This document shows positions 23,533 through 33,171 of a stretch of DNA of 64,000 bases, one piece after another. Position 1 is the stretch's first letter; each line of letters starts with the position of its first letter. The position numbers and the translations under genes are program-made. Source of the stretch: Thermodesulfobium acidiphilum (GTDB lineage: Bacteria; Thermodesulfobiota; Thermodesulfobiia; Thermodesulfobiales; Thermodesulfobiaceae); contig NZ_CP020921.1 in the NCBI RefSeq assembly GCF_003057965.1, forward strand, positions 732,916-796,915, given 5' to 3'. The notes beneath the pieces are model-generated. The model was not told the DNA's origin, did no database searches, and saw nothing but the letters and a program-made list of their open reading frames with translations.

Positions 23533-23640
23533 CTCCCGGTGACCATAGCAAAGGTGCCCCACCCGTTCCCATTCCGAACACGGAAGTGAAAGCCTTTAGC
23601 GCCGACGATACTATTTGGGAAAATAGGACGTTGCCGGGAG
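23533..23640 (+). rRNA. rrf: 5S ribosomal RNA (short, about 108 nt)
   Basis: CCCGTTCCCATTCCGAACACGGAAGTGAA core; helix I CTCCCGG/CCGGGAG. Confidence 0.95.
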
Positions 23641-23806
23641 ATTTTTTTTGTTTTGTTGAGAGGTTATTATTTATTAATTATTAAATTAATATTGTGTTTT
23701 TAGTGTATGTTAAGAAATTTTAATAGAAAATTAATTTTTAAGATTTAATATTCTCTTCAGGTGTTTCACTTTTAATAATTTAAACTTAAATGAAATTAAA
23801 ATTAAC

Positions 23807-24787
23807 TTGAGTGTATTTAAATATCGATTTAATTTGAAAAAAGTTGTATTATACTGTATTTTTCAAATAGTGCTGGCATGTATAGTTATACCAGCGCTTG
23901 TTTTTTATGGTCCATTTTCGAATATTCGTAATATGTGGGTCGAATCAGCCATGACCACATCCAGTCATCAGTTCCTTGCAACACTCTTTCTCCCTGAGCA
24001 AAAAATAAAAAGCATTATGGATAAAACAAATTCTATTATTTTTGGAAATTCTAATCCAAATCTTCTTAATTTTGTGAATCATCACGATAATACTATTGAA
24101 TTATTTGAAGTTAAGAGCAAATATTTTGTTGGCAAAGTTATGTTAATAAAGGATCCGACCAGAGTAAAAGTTGGTATTTCAAGACTTCTGCCAAATGAAG
24201 GACAAACTGTGAGTCAAATTGCGCAAGAAAACAACGCTGTTGCAGCTATTAATGCTGGAGGGTTTCTTGGTCTTGAAAATGGTTCCTGGAGCGCTACTGG
24301 AGGTGTTCCTGAAGGGATAATCATTCATGATGGAAAAATTTATTATAGTGATTTTGTTAACGATAAAATTAAAAGAGATATTGTTGGGTTCGATGCTGAA
24401 GGAAGACTTATAGTAGGAAAGTTTAATTTGAAAGAAATTAAAGCTATGGATATTAGAGAAGCTGTTAGCTTTGGACCTCCTCTTATTGTAAATGGCCAAC
24501 CAATGATAAAGAGTGGTGATGGTGGTTGGGGAATAGCACCCAGAACTGCAATTGGTCAGAAACCAGATGGAACTGTTATCTTTTTGACTATTGATGGAAG
24601 AGCACTAGAAAGTGTTGGAGCAACTCTTAGAGATGTTCAAGATATTATGCTAAAATATGGCGCTTATAATGCTGCCAATCTCGATGGAGGCTCTTCTACC
24701 ACAATGTATTATAAAGGACGAGTTATCAACAATCCTTCTAACCCTCTTGGTGAAAGAACCGTTCCAACAGTTTTTATGGTTAAATAA
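23807..24787 (+). CDS. Phosphodiester glycosidase family protein (NAGPA/EpsL-like)
   Basis: AAINAGGF, APRTAIGQ, IDGR, NLDGGSST. Confidence 0.88.
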   Translation: MSVFKYRFNLKKVVLYCIFQIVLACIVIPALVFYGPFSNIRNMWVESAMTTSSHQFLATLFLPEQKIKSIMDKTNSIIFGNSNPNLLNFVNHHDNTIELFEVKSKYFVGKVMLIKDPTRVKVGISRLLPNEGQTVSQIAQENNAVAAINAGGFLGLENGSWSATGGVPEGIIIHDGKIYYSDFVNDKIKRDIVGFDAEGRLIVGKFNLKEIKAMDIREAVSFGPPLIVNGQPMIKSGDGGWGIAPRTAIGQKPDGTVIFLTIDGRALESVGATLRDVQDIMLKYGAYNAANLDGGSSTTMYYKGRVINNPSNPLGERTVPTVFMVK

Positions 24788-24797
24788 TTACAGTTAT

Positions 24798-25802
24798 ATG
24801 AAGAAAAAAATTTTAGTCTGGTTTATATTGCCTGTATTATTCCAATTTCTTATTTTAGTTTATATTAACAACGTTTTTCTCACTTCTGGCAATATCGATA
24901 TAAAAAAAATTAATGAGAATTCAGATTTACCTAAAGAAATTAAAATTAAACTTAATTATAGTGCAAAAAATCTTAGTGCCTCATATGATGGAAAATATGT
25001 TTCATTTTTAAATGATGGCAAGATTTTTATTTTAAACTCTAAAAATTCTAGTTTACAAAAAATTATTGATGTGGATAATGGATCCGTTGAATATTATACC
25101 TGGCTCCCGGATAGAGATAGAATTTTATATTTTTATAAAAAAAATCTGGGTTACGAATACGAGATTTCATTAGTGGCATATGATTTCAACAATTTCAATT
25201 ATATGGAGGTTGGAAAGATATACGTTCGAGGAGGGTGGGATGTAAAAGATGTTACCTTATCAACTTTGACAAATATGATTTATGTAAATATTGTTAACAG
25301 ATTTGGTGACAGCATGCTTTATAGAATTGATATAATGGGTCAATTTGTGCGCGTTAACCTTCCTTTTAATAGAATTATACGAATGTCTGAATTGAGACAT
25401 AAGGATCAAATTTTTATCCAATCAACAGATGGAAGAATATATCTTTTTAGAAATATGATTGGAAGTTTATTCCTAAATAAAGGGTATGAAATTCTTGGGA
25501 TTGGTGCTGATGATAGAGTTTATATAGGAAAAGTTAATAATAGTAATGTAATTAAGATATTTGTTGGTAAGACAGATCAATCATTTAGTAAATGGAAGGA
25601 AATTAATTTAGAAACTCCAGTTAATGTAAATTCAATTTTAATTTTTCCAAAAAATAATGAAATTGGGCTGCTTAAGTACAATAATGAAATTAAAATTCTT
25701 TCTTCAGGAAAAGTAATTTACCCAAATGGACAATATATTGGCCATAATGAAAACTATATTATTTATAAAAACTCAAATCATATTATTTTGAAGCTTTATT
25801 AG
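24798..25802 (+). CDS. Membrane-anchored hypothetical protein, possible beta-propeller
   Basis: N-terminal TM helix; SYDGKYVSF and WLPDRDRILY TolB-like repeats; ATG 24798 preferred. Confidence 0.6.
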   Translation: MKKKILVWFILPVLFQFLILVYINNVFLTSGNIDIKKINENSDLPKEIKIKLNYSAKNLSASYDGKYVSFLNDGKIFILNSKNSSLQKIIDVDNGSVEYYTWLPDRDRILYFYKKNLGYEYEISLVAYDFNNFNYMEVGKIYVRGGWDVKDVTLSTLTNMIYVNIVNRFGDSMLYRIDIMGQFVRVNLPFNRIIRMSELRHKDQIFIQSTDGRIYLFRNMIGSLFLNKGYEILGIGADDRVYIGKVNNSNVIKIFVGKTDQSFSKWKEINLETPVNVNSILIFPKNNEIGLLKYNNEIKILSSGKVIYPNGQYIGHNENYIIYKNSNHIILKLY

Positions 25803-25812
25803 CGACGCCTAC

Positions 25813-26907
25813 TTATTTTACCTGCTTTGGAAAAAGATATTTTCCGCTAAATGTTCCATAAATTGAGCTAATAAAAGTTAATATCCAAAGAAATGTTAAA
25901 AGCGTTGCAAGAACTACTGTGTACCAATATACGTATTCGACTTTGCAGTATTGATATATGCTATAGCTTGACAGTGTATATGCTGCAAGAGGAAATATAA
26001 ATGCCCACCAAGAAAGTGTAAAAGGTATATGTCTTTCGCTTATCAAATATTTTAAGGTTATTAAAGCTACCAGTAAAAATGCCCAAATGCCAAAACTCCA
26101 AAATATTGCACCCATAAAACTAACTGTTTCTAATCCTGCTGATTCAATTATATTTAGAGATACTGAAACGTCTGCAATACCGAACAGACTAAGCGTTCCT
26201 ACTCCTATTGGACCAAGTATTATCCAGAAGGTAGGCGTCGCAACCGATCCTGGCAATTTGTGAACTATAAATCTATTTAATAGAATGCTGTTTAGAAGGA
26301 TAAATAAAGAGAGACCAATCCCAAAAAAGATGATGTCTGTAAAATTAATCGCACGTGCATAATCTATGTTTGTGCTTAGGTAAGATTTTGCTACCATATT
26401 TCCCAAAAGAGGAACGACTATTGTTGCAACTGGGGGTATATACCATGAGAAATTTATAAATTCTGGTTCTATTTTTTCTTTAACAACCATATTGTAAGTT
26501 ACAAGAACGCCAAATATCAGACAAAGTATTACGCCATTTAGCCATAATAAATTACCTATAAATACAATATTTTTGTGGCTGAAAAAATCTTTGCCTATTA
26601 GAAAGAAGTTTGTTCCAAGTACGAGCCCTCCAACTGGCATTGTTGGGAAAAAATTTGATGTAATTGGATGACTCAAATCTTCTAATAGCTTATTAATGTG
26701 TAAAAACCATCTCAATACCCATGGAATTATTAAAATCAGAAAAAGAAAGATATTTAAAAAAAACAGTGATTGAGCGACAATCTTTAAAAAGGTAAAATGT
26801 GTACTAAGCGAATATAGAACGTTTGCAAAACCGCCTGTGCCCATGACAGAGGCAAACCATGCTGGTGAAAAGTGCTTGATTAACGAGTTAAAATCATTTT
26901 CAGTCAT
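25813..26907 (-). CDS. TDT/SLAC1 family transporter (tellurite resistance/C4-dicarboxylate)
   Basis: PAWFASVMGTG, FFPTMP, WYIPPV, FTLSWWAFIFP. Confidence 0.9.
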   Translation of the reverse strand: MTENDFNSLIKHFSPAWFASVMGTGGFANVLYSLSTHFTFLKIVAQSLFFLNIFLFLILIIPWVLRWFLHINKLLEDLSHPITSNFFPTMPVGGLVLGTNFFLIGKDFFSHKNIVFIGNLLWLNGVILCLIFGVLVTYNMVVKEKIEPEFINFSWYIPPVATIVVPLLGNMVAKSYLSTNIDYARAINFTDIIFFGIGLSLFILLNSILLNRFIVHKLPGSVATPTFWIILGPIGVGTLSLFGIADVSVSLNIIESAGLETVSFMGAIFWSFGIWAFLLVALITLKYLISERHIPFTLSWWAFIFPLAAYTLSSYSIYQYCKVEYVYWYTVVLATLLTFLWILTFISSIYGTFSGKYLFPKQVK

Positions 26908-27128
26908 ATAGATTCCTCCTAATATTAGTTATGAAATATATTTCATTAGTAAATTATATCATGATAATTATATAATGTAGCATTTTAATTAGATTTTTAT
27001 ATTTTTATAAACTTAAGAAGTTATAAAATATTTTGTTGAACCTGAATGAGTAAAATGTAAGAATAAATTTGTTCTAGATTATCTTTTAGATAATTTTTAA
27101 CAAAGTTTTAAAACGAAGCCTTTAAATC

Positions 27129-28886
27129 TTATCGGAAATCCTTTTCTAATCTATTTCTAAAATAATCTACTGCCTTTCTCATATAATCTTCAGAAATCTT
27201 TCCATAAGGAGTAGAAGTCTCATATATTCTTTTTGGGAGATCTAAGTGACTTGGTATCCATCCCTCTTGAGTTTTGTATGACATCTTTTGCCTATAAATT
27301 TCCATGCCCAGCTCTTTAAGCTCTTCCTTTGTTATATTTATGTTAACTGTTTTTAGGCAATTTATAGTATTATCAAGATTTAGATATATTGCTCTTGCAA
27401 AGAAGCAAACTACGAGGCTGGACAATATTTGTCTATTTGCTTCTTCTTCTATTAATTTATCTACCAATTTTTCTGGCTCTGGATAGTGGCCTTTTAAACT
27501 CTGATCCATGCTGTAGCCTGCATTGTCTAAATGGCTATGCCTTGCGCCTAAAAACCATCCAAGGTGAGTAGCAGCTCCAGTATGATATCCTGGCATCTCA
27601 TTTTTGCCAAAATTAAGCGCAAAATCTTTTCCGCCATAAATTTTTGATGCATAGCTTGTGCCTCTTGCAAGCGCTTTATAAAAGTCATTTGGCATTGATA
27701 CAATATTTTCTAGACCTTCAATATATCCTTCCCATTCCCCAAAAGAAAATTTAACTAAAGTTTCTCTTTCATTAATAAGATTTTTGTTAAGCATTTCTGT
27801 AGCCCAGGCAAGAGCTACTCCTGATGACATTGCGTCAAGACCTAATTTTTCAGTTTTATCCATTAATTTTAGAAAACCTTTAGCGTCTTTAATTCCAAGC
27901 ATTGTTCCAAGCGAATAAATAGGTTCGTAATCATATCCTATCATAGATGTTTTGTAAAAATATTTTTCTTCTTCGTGTGGTTCCCTAAATGTGGCAATAT
28001 GAACGCATGCAACAGGACAACCGGTACAGGCTATCCTTCTTCCCAGATAATTTTGAGCAAGATTTTCTCCTGAGAGTTCAATTGCCCCTTCATAAGAAGT
28101 TCTGTTTAAGTTTTCAATAGGTAGACCGCCAATTTCATGAAGAGGAAGTACATTTGCAGCCGTTCCCAGGTCGTGATACTTTTTCATGAGACTTGATGTT
28201 GTTTCATCCAGAATATTTTTGTACATCCTTAAATACATTTTTGGATCAGGTAAATTTATTGTTCTTTTGCCAGCTATTACAAGAGCTTTTAGGTTTTTGC
28301 TTCCAAAAACAGCTCCAAGACCTAATCTTCCAAAATGCCTATATGTTTCAGTATTCAGTGATGCAAAACTTACTAGATTTTCTCCAGCTCTTCCTATTCT
28401 CATTATACTTCTTTGGCCTGAAAAGGGTTCTCTTTGCCTGATTATTTTGCCAACGGTTATCGCATCCTTTATACCCCATATCGCCCTTGCATCATGAAAT
28501 CTGACTTCATTGTCTAATATTGAAAGATAAACCGGAATGTCTGATTTACCCTTAATAACTATCGCACCATATCCAGCCATCATAATGCTTACTGCGCTTC
28601 TACCACCTGCATGACTTTCACCAAGATTGCCTGTCAAAGGAGACTTAAATATAGCAACAGTTTTGGAGGCAAGAGGATAAAGAGAGGTAATAGGTCCGAC
28701 TGCAAATATTATTGTGTTATCCGGGCTAAAGGGATCTACATTTTTTGGACACTCTTCCTTTAATATTTGAATTCCTACACCGGTTCCCCCAAACCACCTC
28801 TCGAATAAATCAGGCCTCGATTTTATAGTAAAGCTCTTTTTTGATAAATCTATATAAAGGACGCGAGTAAACTTGTCTTCAAACAT
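27129..28886 (-). CDS. Aldehyde:ferredoxin oxidoreductase family protein (W/Mo-pterin)
   Basis: KSPLTG..GESHAGG, GRLGLGAVFGSKNLKA, CTGCPVAC, DYEP, GLDAMS. Confidence 0.9.
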   Translation of the reverse strand: MFEDKFTRVLYIDLSKKSFTIKSRPDLFERWFGGTGVGIQILKEECPKNVDPFSPDNTIIFAVGPITSLYPLASKTVAIFKSPLTGNLGESHAGGRSAVSIMMAGYGAIVIKGKSDIPVYLSILDNEVRFHDARAIWGIKDAITVGKIIRQREPFSGQRSIMRIGRAGENLVSFASLNTETYRHFGRLGLGAVFGSKNLKALVIAGKRTINLPDPKMYLRMYKNILDETTSSLMKKYHDLGTAANVLPLHEIGGLPIENLNRTSYEGAIELSGENLAQNYLGRRIACTGCPVACVHIATFREPHEEEKYFYKTSMIGYDYEPIYSLGTMLGIKDAKGFLKLMDKTEKLGLDAMSSGVALAWATEMLNKNLINERETLVKFSFGEWEGYIEGLENIVSMPNDFYKALARGTSYASKIYGGKDFALNFGKNEMPGYHTGAATHLGWFLGARHSHLDNAGYSMDQSLKGHYPEPEKLVDKLIEEEANRQILSSLVVCFFARAIYLNLDNTINCLKTVNINITKEELKELGMEIYRQKMSYKTQEGWIPSHLDLPKRIYETSTPYGKISEDYMRKAVDYFRNRLEKDFR

Positions 28887-29292
28887 TCTTTTTCCCCCAT
28901 TCTTTGTTAAAATAAAGTACGTGATGAGGGCAATTCATGGCGCAAAAACCGCAGTAAATACATATATTTGGTTTATTTGTTTCATTATCCCAGAATATTG
29001 AATTTACAGTGCATGCTTCAACGCAATTTTTGCAACCGATGCACTTTTCTGAGATAAGATTTACCCCTCCATCTTTTCTTACCTCAAGAGCATCTGTAGG
29101 ACATACTGCTGCACAAGGTGGTTCAAAACAGGCCCTACAAACTAGAACAGTAAAACCCTTTTCCATACCACCTGAGGAATGAACTGCGATCTTTGACTTA
29201 GCAAGTCCTGCAAATCCCTGCCTTCTAACGCAGGCAAGCATGCATATTTCACATCCAACACAGCGATCTGGATCTTTTATTTCTATTCTCAA
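28879..29292 (-). CDS. 4Fe-4S dicluster electron-transfer subunit
   Basis: CVGCEICMLAC, CRACFEPPCAAVCP, CIGCKNCVEAC, CIYCGFCAMNCP. Confidence 0.92.
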   Translation of the reverse strand: MRIEIKDPDRCVGCEICMLACVRRQGFAGLAKSKIAVHSSGGMEKGFTVLVCRACFEPPCAAVCPTDALEVRKDGGVNLISEKCIGCKNCVEACTVNSIFWDNETNKPNICIYCGFCAMNCPHHVLYFNKEWGKKNV

Positions 29293-29310
29293 TAGATTAT
29301 ACCTCCTTAC

Positions 29311-30036
29311 TTACTTCGATTTTTTAGTAGGAAAGGCTAGTTCTCCTCCATTGTATCCAATGACTGCTGTGAGGGGCGTAAGGAGCAATATTAGAATAAG
29401 GTAAATATATGTTAAACAATGAACGTTGGTATGTATTGAAGAAAAAACAGTGGGTTCTCTTACTCTCATGTACAACAACGCTAGCGCATCGAGATCAACT
29501 AGAATGGTGAATAATATTTTAAGCTTTATATGTATTGAAGGTATTAACCTATAGTTAAGCCACCAGGTAAATAGTCCTGTTAATATTGCAGGTATACTAA
29601 ATATTAGTCCTGCTACAAAAAGATAAAAAGAAGTGGTTTCAAAAGATTTATAACCAAAAATTAAGAAAAGCAATGCAAAAAGGCTTGAACCCATCATATA
29701 TGCAAGCGGTAAGTGTACTGAAATAGGGTGAGGATGTCTTTTCAAAGTTGGGTGTGTTTCTAAAATATTGTTTAGCCAATTTGGAATTCTTTGGTCTTGG
29801 GAAGGGTCCTTATATACCCCTATAATGGTTAATCTTTCTAACATGCTTTCGTTATGTGGAGCGGCAAAAATTTCAGATGTAAGATCCTTTCCAGAGTTGT
29901 GAATATTCATATGAGTTCCAGTTTTCCAGAATTTACTGTTTGTAGCATCATATACTTTACCTTTGTAAGCAATATATACTTTTTTTTCATCTTTTCCGTT
30001 AAATTTTTTAAGTGAACTTTCGTTGAACTCTTTCAT
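29311..30036 (-). CDS. Cytochrome b5-like domain fused to DUF2231-like membrane domain
   Basis: YIAYKGKVYDAT..W..G.H...H.SGKDLT...APH; HPHPISVHLP; GYNGGELAF. Confidence 0.8.
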   Translation of the reverse strand: MKEFNESSLKKFNGKDEKKVYIAYKGKVYDATNSKFWKTGTHMNIHNSGKDLTSEIFAAPHNESMLERLTIIGVYKDPSQDQRIPNWLNNILETHPTLKRHPHPISVHLPLAYMMGSSLFALLFLIFGYKSFETTSFYLFVAGLIFSIPAILTGLFTWWLNYRLIPSIHIKLKILFTILVDLDALALLYMRVREPTVFSSIHTNVHCLTYIYLILILLLTPLTAVIGYNGGELAFPTKKSK

Positions 30037-30168
30037 ATTCACACCTCACATTTATTAGGTTTATTATAACCTAAAAAATGTGGATTTATTTGTTATATGT
30101 GTTAATTAAAGTTTGTTTTAAATTAGAGTAATATTAATTAGGGCAATAATTGATAATGTTGTTAAGTA

Positions 30169-30975
30169 TTATTCATGTGAGTGAAAGTGCATGTGGTCAT
30201 CGGTATGAACGTGCTTATGAAAGTGTTCATCGATTAAATTCACTTTTATAAGTAATTCTTTATTCTCCATAATTTCTTCCGGAGTTCCTGATGCAATAAT
30301 TTTGTGATCTTCAGAAAAAACATAAACTTTACTAGCTAATTCATAAACAAGATCGAGATTGTGTGTAGATATAACTATAGTTTTATTTTGCTTGTGAAAA
30401 TCTTTTATGAAATTTATTAAGTGTCTTTGAGTTCTGGGATCTAAGCCATTGGTAGGTTCATCTAATAATAAGACCTCAGGTCCAATAGAAAGTATGGAAG
30501 CTATTGCTTCTTTCTTTTTTTCACCCCCGCTTAATCTAAAAGGAGGCCTATCTTTAAGGTGTTTTAATTCTAAGCTTTCTAAAGTCTTTTCTACCCTATC
30601 TTTAACTGTAACTTTATCCAAACCCAACTGTAATGGTCCGTACGCTACCTCATCCCATACTGTTGGATTAAATAGTTGAACATCTGAATCTTGAAATAAA
30701 AATCCGATTTTTTTTCTAAAAGAATAGAAAAAATCTTCATTAGAAAGGGTTTCTTCAGTTATTAACTTACCAAAGGCGTAGAATTCTCCTTCTTGAGGAA
30801 ATATTAATGCATCTAAGATTTTCAAAAGCGTTGATTTACCACACCCATTTGCTCCTAACAGAATTGATAAATCGCCCTCTTTTATCTCTAAATTAATTTT
30901 TGAAAGAGCCTCTTCATTACTTGGGTACCTAAAACTTACATCCTTTAGCTTAAAAATAATATTATTTCCAGACAA
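30169..30975 (-). CDS. ECF transporter ATPase (NikO/CbiO) with His-rich C-terminal tail
   Basis: GANGCGKST, LSGGEKK, LLLDEPT; TTG 30975 after GGAGGAG. Confidence 0.9.
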   Translation of the reverse strand: MSGNNIIFKLKDVSFRYPSNEEALSKINLEIKEGDLSILLGANGCGKSTLLKILDALIFPQEGEFYAFGKLITEETLSNEDFFYSFRKKIGFLFQDSDVQLFNPTVWDEVAYGPLQLGLDKVTVKDRVEKTLESLELKHLKDRPPFRLSGGEKKKEAIASILSIGPEVLLLDEPTNGLDPRTQRHLINFIKDFHKQNKTIVISTHNLDLVYELASKVYVFSEDHKIIASGTPEEIMENKELLIKVNLIDEHFHKHVHTDDHMHFHSHE

Positions 30976-31876
30976 ATAAACGATCTCCTCCAATAAAGAA
31001 TAGACACACAATTATTATAAAAATTAACCAAAGCCAGTCAAATAGTTTTACTTTAAATTCTGTTAAAACTAAAGCCTTTCCATTATAACCTCTCGAGGTC
31101 ATAGCTGAATATACTTCATTACTCATAAAATAGGATTTTCCAAGAAGTATTGACATTGAATTAGATAAAAATTGTCTTTGTTCGCCTGTAGTTGTACGCC
31201 CTACAGTTCGACTTTTCTTTGCTATAAACATATCAACTGTAGTTTGTAAAAGAAGATAAATGTATCTGTGAGCCATTTCTAAAATTGATATGAATATAGG
31301 AGGTATACCTATTTTACTTAGAGCTTTTAGAAGCAACGACCACTTAGTTGTGAGAGTTAACAGTAGACTTAAAGAAACGCATATCCCAACTCTGAGCACC
31401 AATACAATAGCAGCAAAAATGCCTTGTTTTGTTATGGATATAACTTGTGGGATTTGCCAGAAAAGAAATTGAACTGGATGTGGCAAGTAAAATAAAACTA
31501 ATAAAGGTTCACCTGGTAAAAATGGACTGAAAATACTTGGTATTACCATTATTACTGTGAAAAGTGGAACGATTAGCCATACCCTTTTTAAAAAGGACTT
31601 AATAGGAACTAATGAAACTTTTGCAAGCCAGATTACCCAGATATTAAAAAATAATAAAATAACAGGTTGATGAATAAAATTTGCTGTTATTATTAAAAGC
31701 AATGTAGATATTATGTTTATTCTAGGGTCAAGACTTTGTAAAAGTCCATGCCGGGAAGCTATCTTCCCGGCAATGAACTCCTCTTTCATTACGTTATTTA
31801 ACTCATTAATTGTTTTTTCCATAAATCCTGGTTTAATAGATTTCGTAGAATTAGTTTTAAAGCAATTTAAACACAT
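30962..31876 (-). CDS. ECF transporter T component (NikQ/CbiQ)
   Basis: LQSLDPR, AHRYIYLL, AMTSRGY. Confidence 0.88.
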   Translation of the reverse strand: MCLNCFKTNSTKSIKPGFMEKTINELNNVMKEEFIAGKIASRHGLLQSLDPRINIISTLLLIITANFIHQPVILLFFNIWVIWLAKVSLVPIKSFLKRVWLIVPLFTVIMVIPSIFSPFLPGEPLLVLFYLPHPVQFLFWQIPQVISITKQGIFAAIVLVLRVGICVSLSLLLTLTTKWSLLLKALSKIGIPPIFISILEMAHRYIYLLLQTTVDMFIAKKSRTVGRTTTGEQRQFLSNSMSILLGKSYFMSNEVYSAMTSRGYNGKALVLTEFKVKLFDWLWLIFIIIVCLFFIGGDRLFVWK

Positions 31877-31893
31877 ATAATCACCAATTTGAA

Positions 31894-32922
31894 TTATTTT
31901 GTTTCATGAGCTTCTTCATCTTTCCCCTTTAAAATTTTTCCGAATAAATACGTAATAAGACTTATAAGAATTATACCAACTACTGCTGCTACAATATATC
32001 CTATTGCAGATTGGAAAAAGCTTTGATCAAAACCAGGAATACCATAATCTTGCATAAGAGCATGCCATTTGTCAGACATTTTTTCAAGACCTTCTGGGAC
32101 AAAACCAAGTTTTTCCTTTAGTTCGTCTGCTCCCCATTCTCCCCAGGCACTACCAGATGCAAGGAGCCCAAGTGGAGTAAGTATTGCAACTATTGCCATA
32201 CCTATCCAAAGCTTTGCATAACTGAAGGCTTTTGATGGTGCTTTAATTTTTTCTATATTAAGCATTTCGGGATTGCTTACCTGTAAATACTTGATGGCGA
32301 GAGCAGTGATCACTCCTTCAACAGGACCTGCTACAGTCAAGTGTGCAAATGCCATTGCTGGTACTGCAAGGTTTAATGGGTATGGACAGTATAGAGGCAC
32401 GCCTGCAGCTGTGTGAAATAGTAGAGGTTGAAGTCCAAGTTCTATCCCTGCGCAGATTGCTGCAAGAACTATACCAATATAGCCTCCAATAAACCCAGCA
32501 ACATATCTTCTTGCACTTGTTATTTCAGAATTTGTTGTTAATATTTTGTAAATATAATAAGAAGTAAACGGTAAAACAAATGCCATATTAAAGCAGTTTG
32601 CACCGAAAGCAAGTATACCTCCATCACCAAAGAGAAGTGCTTGAATTGCAAGAGCAATTGTTATACATAATGTCGCAGCCCACGGCCCAAATATTATTGC
32701 AAGAAGCGAACCTCCAACTGCATGTGCAGTAGTGCCGTCTGGAATTGGAACGTTATACATCATTATTACAAATGAAAACGCTGCACCAAGCGCCATTAAT
32801 GGTACATACTTTTTATTGATAGTAGTTTGGACCTTTTTTACTGATGTCCACCACACAGGAAGCATAACAGCTCCCATTACAGCACATGTTTGCGGACTAA
32901 GATAACCATCTGGAATGTGCAT
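31894..32922 (-). CDS. Ni/Co ECF S component, NikM-NikN fusion (C-terminal PDGLE-like domain)
   Basis: N-terminus MHIPDGYL (NikM-type; CbiM is typically MHIMEG), GTTAHAVG, QALLFGDGG, AWGEWG. Confidence 0.88.
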   Translation of the reverse strand: MHIPDGYLSPQTCAVMGAVMLPVWWTSVKKVQTTINKKYVPLMALGAAFSFVIMMYNVPIPDGTTAHAVGGSLLAIIFGPWAATLCITIALAIQALLFGDGGILAFGANCFNMAFVLPFTSYYIYKILTTNSEITSARRYVAGFIGGYIGIVLAAICAGIELGLQPLLFHTAAGVPLYCPYPLNLAVPAMAFAHLTVAGPVEGVITALAIKYLQVSNPEMLNIEKIKAPSKAFSYAKLWIGMAIVAILTPLGLLASGSAWGEWGADELKEKLGFVPEGLEKMSDKWHALMQDYGIPGFDQSFFQSAIGYIVAAVVGIILISLITYLFGKILKGKDEEAHETK

Positions 32923-33015
32923 TTAACTCCTCCCTTTCTAATTAATTTTTAAAGATCTGTAATCAATATGATTACAAAAATCTCTTTTTTTTTACACCCC
33001 CTTTATATGTGTATT

Positions 33016-33112
33016 AAAAAATAGAAGCCATGAAAGCTAACCTTTTCTAAGGTTAAAAGCCTTCATGGCTTCTATTTGTAAATAAACTATCACTTAAGTG
33101 TTTGCTTGTCAA
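33016..33112 (-). promoter_or_regulatory. Promoter of the nikMN-Q-O operon plus 5' leader hairpin
   Basis: Minus strand TTGACA (33112-33107), 17 bp, TAGTTT (33089-33084); 16-bp stem 33019-33034/33062-33077 followed by a U-run. Confidence 0.65.
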
Positions 33113-33171
33113 GGATTTTGTAAGCTTTAAGTTGGATAATTAAAATTAAAAAATTTGCCTAAGAGCCTTTT

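Noticed and set aside
24657-24797. Extended N-terminus of the 381-aa ORF
   Set aside because: Overlaps the upstream gene by 131 bp; ATG 24798 gives a normal MKKK + TM start
32923-33112. Cobalamin riboswitch upstream of the cbiM/nikM-like gene
   Set aside because: No B12-box or GGGAA..GCCCCCGCAACTGT-like elements; the leader is short and AT-rich
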